The notes below the pieces were generated by a model that was not told where the DNA came from, made no database searches, and saw only the letters and a list, made by a program, of their open reading frames with translations. Position numbers and translations under genes: made by a program. From positions 1 to 64,000 of IMG/VR virus record IMGVR_UViG_3300022555_000003: a DNA stretch of 64,000 nt; one strand, written 5' to 3'. The stretch's first letter is position 1. Each line of letters opens with the position of its first letter. Shown here in pieces: positions 29,495-39,869 of this stretch. Source of the DNA: a virus. Lineage: Duplodnaviria > Caudoviricetes.

Positions 29495-31360
29495 ATGCCA
29501 AATAAGTCAGAAAATTTACTATTGCACAATAAAAAAGAGCTATTCCAGTTCTTAAATTCACGGTTTGAAAAAAATGTAAAGATGTTTGATGAAGGTGGGC
29601 AGCAAGTTACTGACTATAATAAAGTAGCTGATTTCATAGTTCCATTTTCAGATATGCATGGTCATAAAGTAGATGTTATTAATATTACACTTGAGCCAGA
29701 TGTTGAAAATGACAATGAAGAAAAATATATTATCAAAATGATGTTTACTAAAGACATGTTAAATTCAGGCCATCTTGTTAACAATAAGTTTGATAAATTT
29801 GAAAAAGATCTAATTGCTTGGTCTAAGAGTAGAATGATAGATTTCAAACCAGTTCCAGTTGACGTAGTAGTAAAACGTCATAAAACAATGTATGAAAGTA
29901 AGTTTGGGCCACTTAGTGGAACAGTTAAAACAAGTACTCAAACACTAGAAAATGCAAAATTAATTATCAAGCATACAGATACAATTGATGAGAACATTAG
30001 AGGTTCACGTACTAGAAAAATTCACAAAATTTACGTTGAAAATAGTAATGGTGAAAAGTTTCTGTTACCTTACAAGAATATGAGAGGTGCCAGAGCAATG
30101 GCACGTCACGTGAATTTCGGTGGAAATCCATATGATAAAGCTGGACAATCAATAAGCAATTTTGTTTCTGAAGCAATCGCATTAAGTAAGTTTGTACGCA
30201 AAACAAGAAATAAAAACTTTGATCAGATGGCAACTGAAATGGTCGAAGCTGCTCAAATACGATTAACTGAAGTTAAAAAACAACTTAGTAGATTATGTTC
30301 TGAGCGTGGTTATACCAAGTATAAAGAAGAGTTAGTTGAACAACAAGAAATTGAATTTAATGAAGATATAAAAAGCCATTTTATTCAAAATAAGTATGAT
30401 GAAGCATTAGATGAATGTTTACCATTTGTCTGGGGAGCCTACAAAAAAATGTCTGAGATGAAAGAAATAAAAGAATTTAAAAATTGGGTTGAAGAAGCTG
30501 TTGATCCCCGACTTGATCAAGCTGTTAAGCAAGCAACTAATTCAAAAACACCGCCAGTTTCAGTAGTAACTGATCCAGATGGCACTCAAGAATTACAAGC
30601 TAATCCAGCTGATCCAAAAACAAATGATGCTTTGAAACAAATTTCAAAAAATATGGGTGGCAAATTACCCCCAGTATCAATTAAAAAAGTTACTGAAGAT
30701 GGTATGACTCAATTTACAGTTACATTTACTAAACCAGGTAAGAAGTTAGTTAAGACTATTAATGCTGCAAGTAAAGAATCTGCAGAAATTGAAGCTTATA
30801 ATATGGCTGATAAGAATGGTTGGGGAATCAGAGGTGAAGTTGTACCTGTTCAAGAAACACTTGGTGGTGATAAAGCAGACGATTTTGTTGATTCAGTACG
30901 AGACAAAGATCAACCAATTGTTGAAGACGATGAATTACATATTGACCAAGATGATCAAGAAGGTGAGATGTCATTAGGCGGAATGTGCAAAGAATGCGGA
31001 GTATATTTTGGACAAGATGACAGCTCAGAAAAATCAATGAGTGATCCAAGTAAGTGTAAAGATTGTGCTGGTGAATGTGAAGCTGAAAGAAACGCTGAAC
31101 GTGAAGCAGGCGTAAAATATGAGTATACTGATAAAGTAGGTGGAGACAAATGTATTGAGTGTGGTGCTTTCTTTGACGCCGACCATGATCCATCAGAATC
31201 ATTTTATGCCAAGCGATCAGACGAAGATCCAGATAATAAGTGCAAAGATTGTGCTGGAGAAACTGAATATGGTGGTGAAGAATATCCACATACAGAAGAA
31301 GACACAAACAACTTATTCAATGAAGAATTTAGTAGGATGAAATTTCTATTAAAATATTAG
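29495..31360 (+). CDS. Large conserved-type late protein with acidic Cys-rich C-terminal repeats
   Basis: ATAAATA upstream; GARAMARHV..GG.PYD core; CKECG / CKDCAGE repeats. Confidence 0.5.
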   Translation: MPNKSENLLLHNKKELFQFLNSRFEKNVKMFDEGGQQVTDYNKVADFIVPFSDMHGHKVDVINITLEPDVENDNEEKYIIKMMFTKDMLNSGHLVNNKFDKFEKDLIAWSKSRMIDFKPVPVDVVVKRHKTMYESKFGPLSGTVKTSTQTLENAKLIIKHTDTIDENIRGSRTRKIHKIYVENSNGEKFLLPYKNMRGARAMARHVNFGGNPYDKAGQSISNFVSEAIALSKFVRKTRNKNFDQMATEMVEAAQIRLTEVKKQLSRLCSERGYTKYKEELVEQQEIEFNEDIKSHFIQNKYDEALDECLPFVWGAYKKMSEMKEIKEFKNWVEEAVDPRLDQAVKQATNSKTPPVSVVTDPDGTQELQANPADPKTNDALKQISKNMGGKLPPVSIKKVTEDGMTQFTVTFTKPGKKLVKTINAASKESAEIEAYNMADKNGWGIRGEVVPVQETLGGDKADDFVDSVRDKDQPIVEDDELHIDQDDQEGEMSLGGMCKECGVYFGQDDSSEKSMSDPSKCKDCAGECEAERNAEREAGVKYEYTDKVGGDKCIECGAFFDADHDPSESFYAKRSDEDPDNKCKDCAGETEYGGEEYPHTEEDTNNLFNEEFSRMKFLLKY

Positions 31361-31402
31361 GTTTTTATCATTAAATCCGCTATAATAATTATATAGACTA
31401 AA

Positions 31403-32689
31403 TGAACTACTATGCCGATTGAGGCATAGATTCCTGCTTCATAGATGTCAACGGGACATCTCCACAGGCTTCGATTTCTGTAGTTCCTACAGTATTTTTG
31501 AACAACGAATTGTCAATAATTAATGGACCCCAAAAGGCAATATTTTGTGCGGCATTTAGGTCTCGGTCAAGAGTTGCTTTGCAATTTGAACATATCCAAA
31601 TTCTTATACCCAGACCAAATCCAGTATGTTTATGATTACATACATGACATGTTTTGGTAGATGCAGCCCATTGGCTAACTTGACTGAAATGCTTGCCATA
31701 TAATTGGCACTTGTATTTGAGCATATTTAGAAACATGCTCCATCCCTGATCACTTATTGCTCGGTTCATTGCTCTATTTTTCCTCTTCAACAGATCCTTG
31801 GTTTTCAGATCTTCACAACAAATCAAATCATATATATTAACTAATCTCCTACTTGTCTGATGCAAAAAATTCAATCTTTGATTACGAATTTTGCGATGTA
31901 ATTTTGCTACTTTGATACGTTCTTTGTTTCTGTTATTTGACCCAATTTTTCTATGTGATAATTTTCGTTGTTTCCACTTCAACTTATTGAGTGATTGCTT
32001 AAGAAATTTTGGACTTGGAATTATCTCTTGGTCACTTGTTACTGCAAATGCTTTGATTCCAAGATCTATACCAACGCAATTATCTCGATCAATTAGAACT
32101 TGTTGTTGATCTTCAACTTCACACACAACTGATATGAACCATCTGTCTACATCACATGTAACTGTAACTGACGAATGATTAATTGGCAATGATCTGTCAA
32201 ATATTATATTAATCCACCCAATTTTTGGTAGATAAACTTTCTTATCTGTAAATTTGACATGTTGAACATATCTAATTCCTGATTCGCTGCCTTTCTTTTT
32301 GAATTTTGGATAAGCTCTTATCTTAACATGTTTCAATGCGCCATCTAGTTCCTTCAATGATTGTTGTAGAACTTGAGCAGTGGTTTCTTTTAACCATGGA
32401 TAAGCAATTTTCAATTCTGGTAATTGCATAGCCATATCATAATACCAAATAAATTTCTTAGTTGATGCATACTCAATGTTATTTTGATTAAGCATATAAT
32501 TCCAAATCCATCTAGTTGAGCCCATCGATTTACGAAGTTGAGTTATTTGATTGTCATTTGGATATATTCGATATTTGTATCTTAGTTTCATATGTATAAA
32601 TACTTCTGGGTGCATAAACTGTTTTCATATGCAGTTTTGAAGTAACATACGTCGAATATATTACTTCCACCCACCATACTTATTTATGC
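31403..32689 (-). mobile_element. IS200/IS605-family tnpB-only element (copy 1; left end unclear)
   Basis: Right end GTAGTTCA with hairpin ctatgcc/ggcatag; no tnpA in window. Confidence 0.7.
31410..32591 (-). CDS. tnpB: RNA-guided endonuclease TnpB
   Basis: HTH YKYRIYPN; RuvC GIDLG, EDL, DRDLNAA; CxxC-CxxC Zn finger. Confidence 0.95.
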   Translation of the reverse strand: MKLRYKYRIYPNDNQITQLRKSMGSTRWIWNYMLNQNNIEYASTKKFIWYYDMAMQLPELKIAYPWLKETTAQVLQQSLKELDGALKHVKIRAYPKFKKKGSESGIRYVQHVKFTDKKVYLPKIGWINIIFDRSLPINHSSVTVTCDVDRWFISVVCEVEDQQQVLIDRDNCVGIDLGIKAFAVTSDQEIIPSPKFLKQSLNKLKWKQRKLSHRKIGSNNRNKERIKVAKLHRKIRNQRLNFLHQTSRRLVNIYDLICCEDLKTKDLLKRKNRAMNRAISDQGWSMFLNMLKYKCQLYGKHFSQVSQWAASTKTCHVCNHKHTGFGLGIRIWICSNCKATLDRDLNAAQNIAFWGPLIIDNSLFKNTVGTTEIEACGDVPLTSMKQESMPQSA

Positions 32690-32798
32690 CAAATAGATTA
32701 GGTTTTAAAGAAAATCCATGTTATAATTAATTAAATGATAAATACATTTGCTACAGAAATTATCTTTGTAGACAGTGAAATAAAGGAATATAATTATT

Positions 32799-33767
32799 AT
32801 GGCGACACTCGCAGAAATCCGCGCTAAACTTCAAGCGCAAGACAATAAATCAGACAAAAAAGGTTTTGGAGATAAGCAACTTTATCCGCATTGGAATATC
32901 AATGAGAATGAATCGTGCTTACTAAGGTTTTTACCTGACAAGAATACAAAGAATTCATTCTTTTGGGTAGAACGTGCATTAATTAATCTTTCATTCCCAT
33001 CAGTAAAAGGTGCTTCTGAAGCAAAGACAGCATATGTAAAAGTTCCATGTATGGAAATGTGGGGAGAAACTTGCCCTGTACTAACAGAAGTTCGTCCTTG
33101 GTACAAGGATGCTTCATTAAAGGAACAAGCTGGTAAGTATTGGAAGAAGCGTACTTATTTGATGCAAGGGTTTGTACGTGAGAATCCAATTGAGGAAGAA
33201 ACACCTGAGAATCTAGTTAGACGGTTTATCATCAGCCCGCAGCTTTTTTCACTTATTAAGGCGGCACTACTTGATCCTGAATTAGAAGAATTACCAACAG
33301 ATTTTAATCACGGATTAGATTTCCGTATTAATAAGACAGCTGGTAAGGGTGGTTATTCTGATTACAATACAAGCAAATGGTCCAGAAAAGAATCAGCACT
33401 AACTGATAAAGAACGTGCAGCTATTGAACAATATGGATTATTTGATTTATCGGATGGTTTACCTAAGAAACCAAGTGACAAAGAAGTAAAGATCATTAAA
33501 GAAATGTTCGAAGCTTCTGTAAATGGCGATATGTATGATCCCGAAAAGTGGGGAGAGTATTTTAAGCCAGGTGGGTCATATGTTGCAGAAACAGTAGATA
33601 CATCGTCTGCTAAGGCAACAACTCACACAACTCACACAACTCAAGCAGCACCTGTTCAAGAAGACAGTGTTGCACCTGTGGTAACTCCTACTACAGCACC
33701 TAAGTCAACTCAAGCAACTGATATTCTTAAGATGATTAAAGAACGTCAAGCAAACGCAAAGAAGTAA
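32799..33767 (+). CDS. gp32: Single-stranded DNA-binding protein
   Basis: LRFLPD, VPCMEMWGETCP, YWKKR.Y, G.DFRINK, YS.Y..SKW; acidic/low-complexity tail. Confidence 0.92.
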   Translation: MATLAEIRAKLQAQDNKSDKKGFGDKQLYPHWNINENESCLLRFLPDKNTKNSFFWVERALINLSFPSVKGASEAKTAYVKVPCMEMWGETCPVLTEVRPWYKDASLKEQAGKYWKKRTYLMQGFVRENPIEEETPENLVRRFIISPQLFSLIKAALLDPELEELPTDFNHGLDFRINKTAGKGGYSDYNTSKWSRKESALTDKERAAIEQYGLFDLSDGLPKKPSDKEVKIIKEMFEASVNGDMYDPEKWGEYFKPGGSYVAETVDTSSAKATTHTTHTTQAAPVQEDSVAPVVTPTTAPKSTQATDILKMIKERQANAKK

Positions 33768-33783
33768 TTAATAGCAAACATAG

Positions 33784-33812
33784 AATGGCGTATGAAACTT
33801 ATACGCCATTTT
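33784..33812 (+). terminator. Intrinsic terminator
   Basis: aatggcgtat-gaaactt-atacgccatt + T run; same family as 13325 and 14943 hairpins. Confidence 0.8.
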
Positions 33813-33832
33813 CATATTAGGAGAATATAACT

Positions 33833-34939
33833 ATGGCTGGAAAGCCTTTTGGTGTAGATAGATTTAGACGTGAATTAACAAAAAGTATTGAAGGCCTTGG
33901 TATTGGTTTTCATGATCCAACAGATTGGATTTCTACTGGTAGTTTTGTATTAAATGAATTAATTTCTGGACACTTTGATAAAGGTGTGCCACTTGGTAAA
34001 GTAACAATCTTTGCAGGAAGACCAGCATCAGGAAAAAGTCTAATTGTTTCAGGTAATATTATCAAAAATGCTCAAGCACAAAATATTTTTGTGATCATGA
34101 TTGATACAGAAAATGCATTAGATGAAGATTGGCTTAAAAAGTTAGATGTAGATACAAGTGAAGGTAAATTACTTAAACTTAGTATGTCAATGATTGACGA
34201 TGTTGCTAAAACTATCAGTACTTTTATGACAGACTATAAAGCAACTAGCGAAGAAGACAGACCAAAAATTTTATTTGTTGTTGATAGTTTAGGTATGTTA
34301 ATGACGCCAACAGACGTTAAACAGTTTGAATCTGGCGACATGAAGGGCGATATGGGTAGAAAAGCCAAAGCATTAAAGGCACTAGTTACTAACTGTGTTA
34401 ATATGTTTGGTGCTTATAATGTAGGAATGGTATGTACAAATCATACTTATCCAAGCCAAGATCCATATAGTCCTGATGATATTGTATCAGGAGGAAATGG
34501 ATTTTTATTTGCAAGTTCGATTGTAGTTGCTACAAAACCACTTAAATTAAAAGAAGATGCTGAAGGTAATAAAGTACCCGATGTACTTGGAATCAGAGTT
34601 GGTTGTAAGGTAATGAAGACACGTTATAATAAGCCATTTGAAACATGTGAAATTAAAATTCCATGGGTTGGTGGTCTTGATCCATATTCGGGATTATTCG
34701 AATTATTTGAAAAGAAGAACCTAATCGAGAAAGAAGGCAACAGATATAAATATATTGATTTACAAGGTGATGAACATAAATATTATCGAAAAGAGTACCT
34801 AGTAAATACAGATTCAATTTTAGATTTGATTATGGGTGAGTATGCTGAGAAGAAAAAGCTTCTATCACCTACACAAGAAGACATAGTTGGAATTGATGAG
34901 TCTGTAATTGAAGAAAGCGAACCAACTGACGATGAGTAG
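33833..34939 (+). CDS. uvsX: RecA-like recombinase
   Basis: DWISTG, GRPASGKS Walker A, IDTENA, VVDSLG, MGRKAK, NHTY, KTRY. Confidence 0.92.
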   Translation: MAGKPFGVDRFRRELTKSIEGLGIGFHDPTDWISTGSFVLNELISGHFDKGVPLGKVTIFAGRPASGKSLIVSGNIIKNAQAQNIFVIMIDTENALDEDWLKKLDVDTSEGKLLKLSMSMIDDVAKTISTFMTDYKATSEEDRPKILFVVDSLGMLMTPTDVKQFESGDMKGDMGRKAKALKALVTNCVNMFGAYNVGMVCTNHTYPSQDPYSPDDIVSGGNGFLFASSIVVATKPLKLKEDAEGNKVPDVLGIRVGCKVMKTRYNKPFETCEIKIPWVGGLDPYSGLFELFEKKNLIEKEGNRYKYIDLQGDEHKYYRKEYLVNTDSILDLIMGEYAEKKKLLSPTQEDIVGIDESVIEESEPTDDE

Positions 34940-34952
34940 GAGATTAACTTAA

Positions 34953-35198
34953 ATGACGGTGGACCCAATTGAAATTGCAGCTGAGTTATGGCGCAATGTT
35001 TTAGAATATGTTCCAATGCGAGACAGAGATGCCGCAGCTGAACAGTTTATAGTAGCATTGCGCGGCTTGAATTTTTCTGATGATGAACTTGATTCTTTAG
35101 CAGAACATGACCGGTATATTAATACGGCATTGATTCAAGATAATGAAGAAAACGATTTTTCAAACGATGATTTTGACGATTTAAACGACAACGAATAA
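34953..35198 (+). CDS. Hypothetical acidic protein
   Basis: 81 aa between uvsX and uvsY; RBS ggag. Confidence 0.55.
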   Translation: MTVDPIEIAAELWRNVLEYVPMRDRDAAAEQFIVALRGLNFSDDELDSLAEHDRYINTALIQDNEENDFSNDDFDDLNDNE

Positions 35199-35199
35199 A

Positions 35200-35652
35200 A
35201 TGTGGCTATCACGTATAACAAGTGATCTAGGAAATATACCAGACTTTTTAGATCACTTTAGGGTTGAGCTTGTTAACGCTCAAATTGAGGTTGCTATAAA
35301 AGGCAACCTTGAAAGAAATTTATCAACTTTGCCTGGTATAACAGAATATCGATTTGGACAGCTACAAACTGTTGAAAGTGTATTAAATTATTTAAATATT
35401 AAACTCAAGAAACTTAAAAATAAACATTTTAGACTGTACCTTGAAAAGTATGCTAAGGCATTAACTAGTAGAGATGCTGAAAAATATTCAGATGGTGAAG
35501 ACGATGTTTGCGACTTAGAAGAAGTTATTAATCAGGTTGCTTTACTACGTAACCAATATTTAGGAATTATCAAAGCATTAGAAACAAAAAATTGGATGCT
35601 TGGTCACATAACAAAACTTCGTTGTGTTGGTATTGAAGCAGTAGAATTATAG
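35200..35652 (+). CDS. uvsY: Recombination mediator
   Basis: Coiled-coil; SRDAEKYSDGE, LRNQYLGIIKALE motifs; follows uvsX. Confidence 0.8.
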   Translation: MWLSRITSDLGNIPDFLDHFRVELVNAQIEVAIKGNLERNLSTLPGITEYRFGQLQTVESVLNYLNIKLKKLKNKHFRLYLEKYAKALTSRDAEKYSDGEDDVCDLEEVINQVALLRNQYLGIIKALETKNWMLGHITKLRCVGIEAVEL

Positions 35653-35681
35653 GTTGATTCTTTTTTGAAACTCTTATATAC

Positions 35682-36987
35682 TGAACTACCGCATCCCTGA
35701 AGGGAGTGCGGCTTCCTGCTTCATAGATATCAACGGGACATCTCCACAGGCTTCGATTTCTGTAGTTCCTACAGTATTTTTGAACAATGATGAGTCAATT
35801 GTCAACTGACCCCAAAAAGCAATATTTTGTGCGGCATTTAGATCTCGGTCAAGAATTGCCTTGCAATTTGGACAAGTCCAAATTCTGATGCCCAGACCAA
35901 ATCCCTGATGTTTATGACCACAGGCATTGCAGGTCTTGGTAGATGCAGCCCACTTGTCAATTTGGTCAAAATGCTTGCCATATAATTGGCATTTGTATTT
36001 CAAAAAGCCCAAAAACATTGACCATCCCTGATCACTTATTGCTCGGTTCATTGCAGTATTTTTCTTCGACATAAGATCTTTGGTTTTCAGATCTTCGGTA
36101 CAAATCAAATCATATGTATTAACTAATCTCCTACTTGTTTGGTGCAAAAAGTTCAATCTTTGATTGCGTATTTTGCGGTGTAATTTTGCTACTCGGATAC
36201 GTTCTTTGTTTCTATTTTTAGATCCAATTTTTCTATGTGATAATTTTCTTTGTTTCCACTTTAATTTCGCCAGTGATCTCTTTAGAAATTTTGGACTTGG
36301 AATTATCTCCTGATCACTTGTTACCACGAATGCTTTGATACCAAGATCAATTCCGATACAATTATCGCGGTCAATTAAAACTTGTTGCTGATCTTCAATC
36401 TCACACAAACAACTCACGTACCAGCAATCAACATCTTTTGTTATTGATACTGATCTCAAATCGCTTGGCAATGCTCGATGATATATCCATTTGATATTGC
36501 CAATCTTTGGTATTTTGATATGTGATTCACTTGTTTTGATGTGATTATTCGTCTGATCAATTTTAATTTGGCCATTGCTTACGCCTTTTTTCTTAAATCG
36601 AGGAAATCCGATCTTGCTTTTCTTGATTGCATGTAATGCTGTGTCAATCGAAAATGCAATATTTTGTAATGCATGAGCGGGTACTTCACCAAGCCAGTTA
36701 TATTGTTTTTTAAGATCTGGTATTTGTTTTTTGAGATCATATCGCCAAATAAATTTCTTATCAATTTGGTATTGAGTTATATTTTGATCAAGAAAATTAT
36801 TCCAAAGCCATCTAGTTGAACCTTCCCATTGATTGAGAATTTCAATTTGTGCTTTGTTTGGTAATAATTTATATTTGTATCCCAGCAGCATATTAATATT
36901 TATGCTATAATAAATATATGAAGCAAATTGGTCTACACGGCAGTTCATCCGCACCCCTAAAGGGGCTGCGGGCTTGCTGCCGAGCAA
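35682..36987 (-). mobile_element. IS200/IS605-family tnpB-only element (copy 2) with both subterminal hairpins
   Basis: RE hairpin ccgcatccc-tgaa-gggagtgcgg (35689..35711) ending GTAGTTCA; LE hairpin ccgcacccc-taaa-ggggctgcgg (36949..36971); exact left boundary uncertain. Confidence 0.8.
35686..36891 (-). CDS. tnpB: RNA-guided endonuclease TnpB
   Basis: YKYKLLPN; GIDLG, EDL, DRDLNAA; Zn finger. Confidence 0.95.
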   Translation of the reverse strand: MLLGYKYKLLPNKAQIEILNQWEGSTRWLWNNFLDQNITQYQIDKKFIWRYDLKKQIPDLKKQYNWLGEVPAHALQNIAFSIDTALHAIKKSKIGFPRFKKKGVSNGQIKIDQTNNHIKTSESHIKIPKIGNIKWIYHRALPSDLRSVSITKDVDCWYVSCLCEIEDQQQVLIDRDNCIGIDLGIKAFVVTSDQEIIPSPKFLKRSLAKLKWKQRKLSHRKIGSKNRNKERIRVAKLHRKIRNQRLNFLHQTSRRLVNTYDLICTEDLKTKDLMSKKNTAMNRAISDQGWSMFLGFLKYKCQLYGKHFDQIDKWAASTKTCNACGHKHQGFGLGIRIWTCPNCKAILDRDLNAAQNIAFWGQLTIDSSLFKNTVGTTEIEACGDVPLISMKQEAALPSGMR

Positions 36988-37125
36988 CTAAATTCACCAA
37001 TAACACTACAGTTTGATAATGATAAAAATGAAATATTTTTCTATTTGAAGTTTGGTGATATTTCAAAATCTAATGGGATTCAGTTTCAAACAAGATATGG
37101 TCCGGCTACAATAATACCAGAATGA
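36988..37125 (+). pseudogene. 5'-truncated member of the LKFGD small-ORF family
   Basis: LNSPITLQFDNDKNEIFFYLKFGDISK...* without a start, abutting the IS left end. Confidence 0.6.
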
Positions 37126-37902
37126 TAAAAATTCATAGAACACAATATCAAAAAAAAGAAATTAAAGAATGGCTACAGGAAAACTTTGAAAAGTCTGAAT
37201 ATTCAATTGTAACTCATTCATATGAACCATTCATTGATAAACTATATTTTGCTAATGACACAAATGAAACTTTTTTTAATTTGAAATTTGGAAATGTTAC
37301 AGAATATATAAGTTCATATGAATTTACTCTTAATATGTTCTTCTCAGGAATTAAAAATACATGATAAAAATTCATAAAACTAAGTATACTGACTTACATA
37401 TTGAAATGTGGTTAGAAGAAAATTTTGATAAGTTAGAATATACACTTAGTTCTAAACCAATGTCAATAGTTTTTGAACTATGTTTTGTTAATGATGAAAA
37501 TGAAACATTTTTCTATTTGAAGTTTGGTGATGTTTCAAAATTCAATGACTATGGTTTTGGATATTTTTATAGTCCGTATATCCCTTTAGGTATTCAAAAA
37601 GTAAAAGTATGATAAAAATACATGTATCTAATTTTGTTAATCTTAGCATGGAAAAGTATCTATTTGATACATTTACCAACAAAGGATATTCGTATAAAGT
37701 AATAGAAGATATGGTGTTACTAAATTTTACAAATATAGAATCTGAATCTTTTTTTAATTTGAAGTTTGGTGATGTTTCAGAAAAAAGAATTTATGACGTT
37801 GATTTTCTTGCTGAACTGTTATTCACTATGTTATCACAAGAAGTAAATAATCTATCTCCTAAATTAGAAAAAATATTGAAAGCAATGCAGAAGGAATTAT
37901 AA
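37122..37902 (+). CDS. Three tandem paralogous small ORFs (37122..37364, 37361..37612, 37609..37902)
   Basis: All start MIKIH and contain F.ND.NETFF.LKFG; ATGA overlaps. Confidence 0.75.
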
Positions 37903-37909
37903 GATAAAC

Positions 37910-38371
37910 ATGATACCAAATTGGAATACTTATTTTATGAATTTAATAGGACCAATATCGTCGAGAAGTAAAGACCCAAATTCTAAATTTGGTTGTGTAA
38001 TAGTTGGTCCAGATAACGGAATACGTGCGACTGGATTCAATAGCTTTCCGCGTGGTATAGATGATACTGCGCCTGAGAGACTTTTACGTCCTGAAAAATA
38101 TAAATGGATAGAACATTGCGAAAGAAATGCAATTTTTGAGGCTGCAAAAATTGGTGTTCCATTAGATGGTTGTAGAATATATTTGTATGGAATTCCATGT
38201 ATAGATTGTGCCCGAGCAATTATTCAAGTAGGTATTAAAGAAGTAATTTATTCACTTGAGAAACAATTAGCTTGGGAACAAACTGGTACAATGTACAAAG
38301 ATGATAATAACAGAGTTAGAAGAATGTTATGCGAAGCTGGCGTTAAATTGAGTCCAATTTCATATGAATGA
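37910..38371 (+). CDS. dCMP deaminase
   Basis: SKDP...G, GFN.FPRG, EHCERNAI, PC.DCA. Confidence 0.93.
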   Translation: MIPNWNTYFMNLIGPISSRSKDPNSKFGCVIVGPDNGIRATGFNSFPRGIDDTAPERLLRPEKYKWIEHCERNAIFEAAKIGVPLDGCRIYLYGIPCIDCARAIIQVGIKEVIYSLEKQLAWEQTGTMYKDDNNRVRRMLCEAGVKLSPISYE

Positions 38372-39868
38372 TTGGTATAATGTTCAATTAGATGAAGTAC
38401 TTACTCATACAGAAGAATTCTTAGAAATATATCAATGGGCTGTTGATCAATTTGAACAAAATTGTAGAGATGATCGATGGTCGTACTATTTTGATGTAAA
38501 TACCGCTTTAGATACCTTTTCATTTAAAAGAAAAGAAGATGCAATGTTGTTTGCATTGCGTTGGAAATAATATGATATGTGATTGGTTTACAGTTGAAAT
38601 TAGTGGCAAATGCTTCAATGATGTAATAAATTGGATTTTTGAAAACATTGGACATAATTATGATAACAATATTCGTTGGCAATATCGTAAATCTTTGATG
38701 TATTTAAAGTTTGATTTTATAAATCAAGAAGACGCTGTATTATTTGCATTGAGATGGAAATGAAAAAATATTATACAGTTGAAATTACCAGGTTAACAAG
38801 CTTTGTTGAAGTATATACTTGGGCTGTTGATCAATTTGGTGAATCAATGATTATGATTGGAGATATTGGGCTATGGGATTATAACTGGTCCACTGAACTC
38901 ATGCAACCAACAAATATTTTTTTATTCAAAAGAGAAGCAGATGCGGTGTTGTTTGCATTGCGATGGAAATAAAACTTGATACAAAATAATAACTTTAATA
39001 AATGGCACCAAGTTGAAATTTTAAATAGTGAAGATTTTAGTCAAATGTTTGCTTGGCTTGAAGATGAATTTGGTGATGATGTAGGTGAATTTCGTTGGAG
39101 ATTTATTTTTGATCTTGAGCCAGAAGTTGATAAGTTTATATTTAGGCGTAAAGAAGATGCAATATTGTTTGCATTGCGATGGAGATGAGCAGTTGACACA
39201 GTCTATTCAAATGTGTTATAATTAAGATGTGAATGATTGGTACAGAGTAGAACTCGTTGATATAAACTTTTCTGAGGTGTATAGATGGGCAGTTAAAGAA
39301 TTTGGTTCAGATAAAACACAAGAAAGATGGGTATATTATTTTCAATCAACATATTTAACAGATAATTTTTTGTTCAGTAAACAAGAAGATGCAATATTGT
39401 TTGCATTGCGTTGGAAATGAAACTTGACATGAATAATTCACTACCAAAATATGCTGATTGGTATGCAATAAATATAAATCACAATGGATCAGGATTTTTC
39501 AAAATACAAAATTGGTGTGATTTAACTTTTGGTTATAGGCGAGCTAATCAAGAAGCAAGAACAGAACGATGGGGCTCAAATTATTTTGAAAATTCATTTT
39601 ATTTCAAAAACGAAGAAGATGCAATATTGTTTGCATTGCGATGGAAGTAATCATGTTAAGATTTGAAACTATTAAATGTGATGAATATCGAGATACTTAT
39701 TTGATATGCTTACCAAAAGTATCTGATGAAAGATTTGATGAAATACGTGATTGGTTAAGTACACAAGATTATATTACAAGTATAATTGGTAAATATTCCA
39801 ACTGTGGATTGATGATATATTTTTACGATATTGAATTTTTAACTGCATTGAGCATTAAGTTAGGATAA
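38364..39868 (+). CDS. Tandem array of small FALRW-family ORFs (38364..38570, 38572..38763, 38760..38972, 38976..39188, 39229..39420, 39417..39650, divergent 39653..39868)
   Basis: Shared C terminus F.F...EDA.LFALRW(K/R) in the first six. Confidence 0.8.
39193..39222 (+). promoter_or_regulatory. Sigma70-type early promoter
   Basis: TTGACA-18-TATAAT with extended TG. Confidence 0.75.
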
Positions 39869-39869
39869 T

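Noticed and set aside
32746-32798. T4 gene 32-like autoregulatory pseudoknot in the gp32 leader
   Set aside because: Only a weak ctaca/tgtag hairpin and an AT-rich stretch are visible; no second stem could be supported by eye
38364-39650. Possible CRISPR array (recurring ~35-nt sequence)
   Set aside because: Spacing is about 190-230 nt and the repeats are coding 3' ends of ORFs; no cas genes
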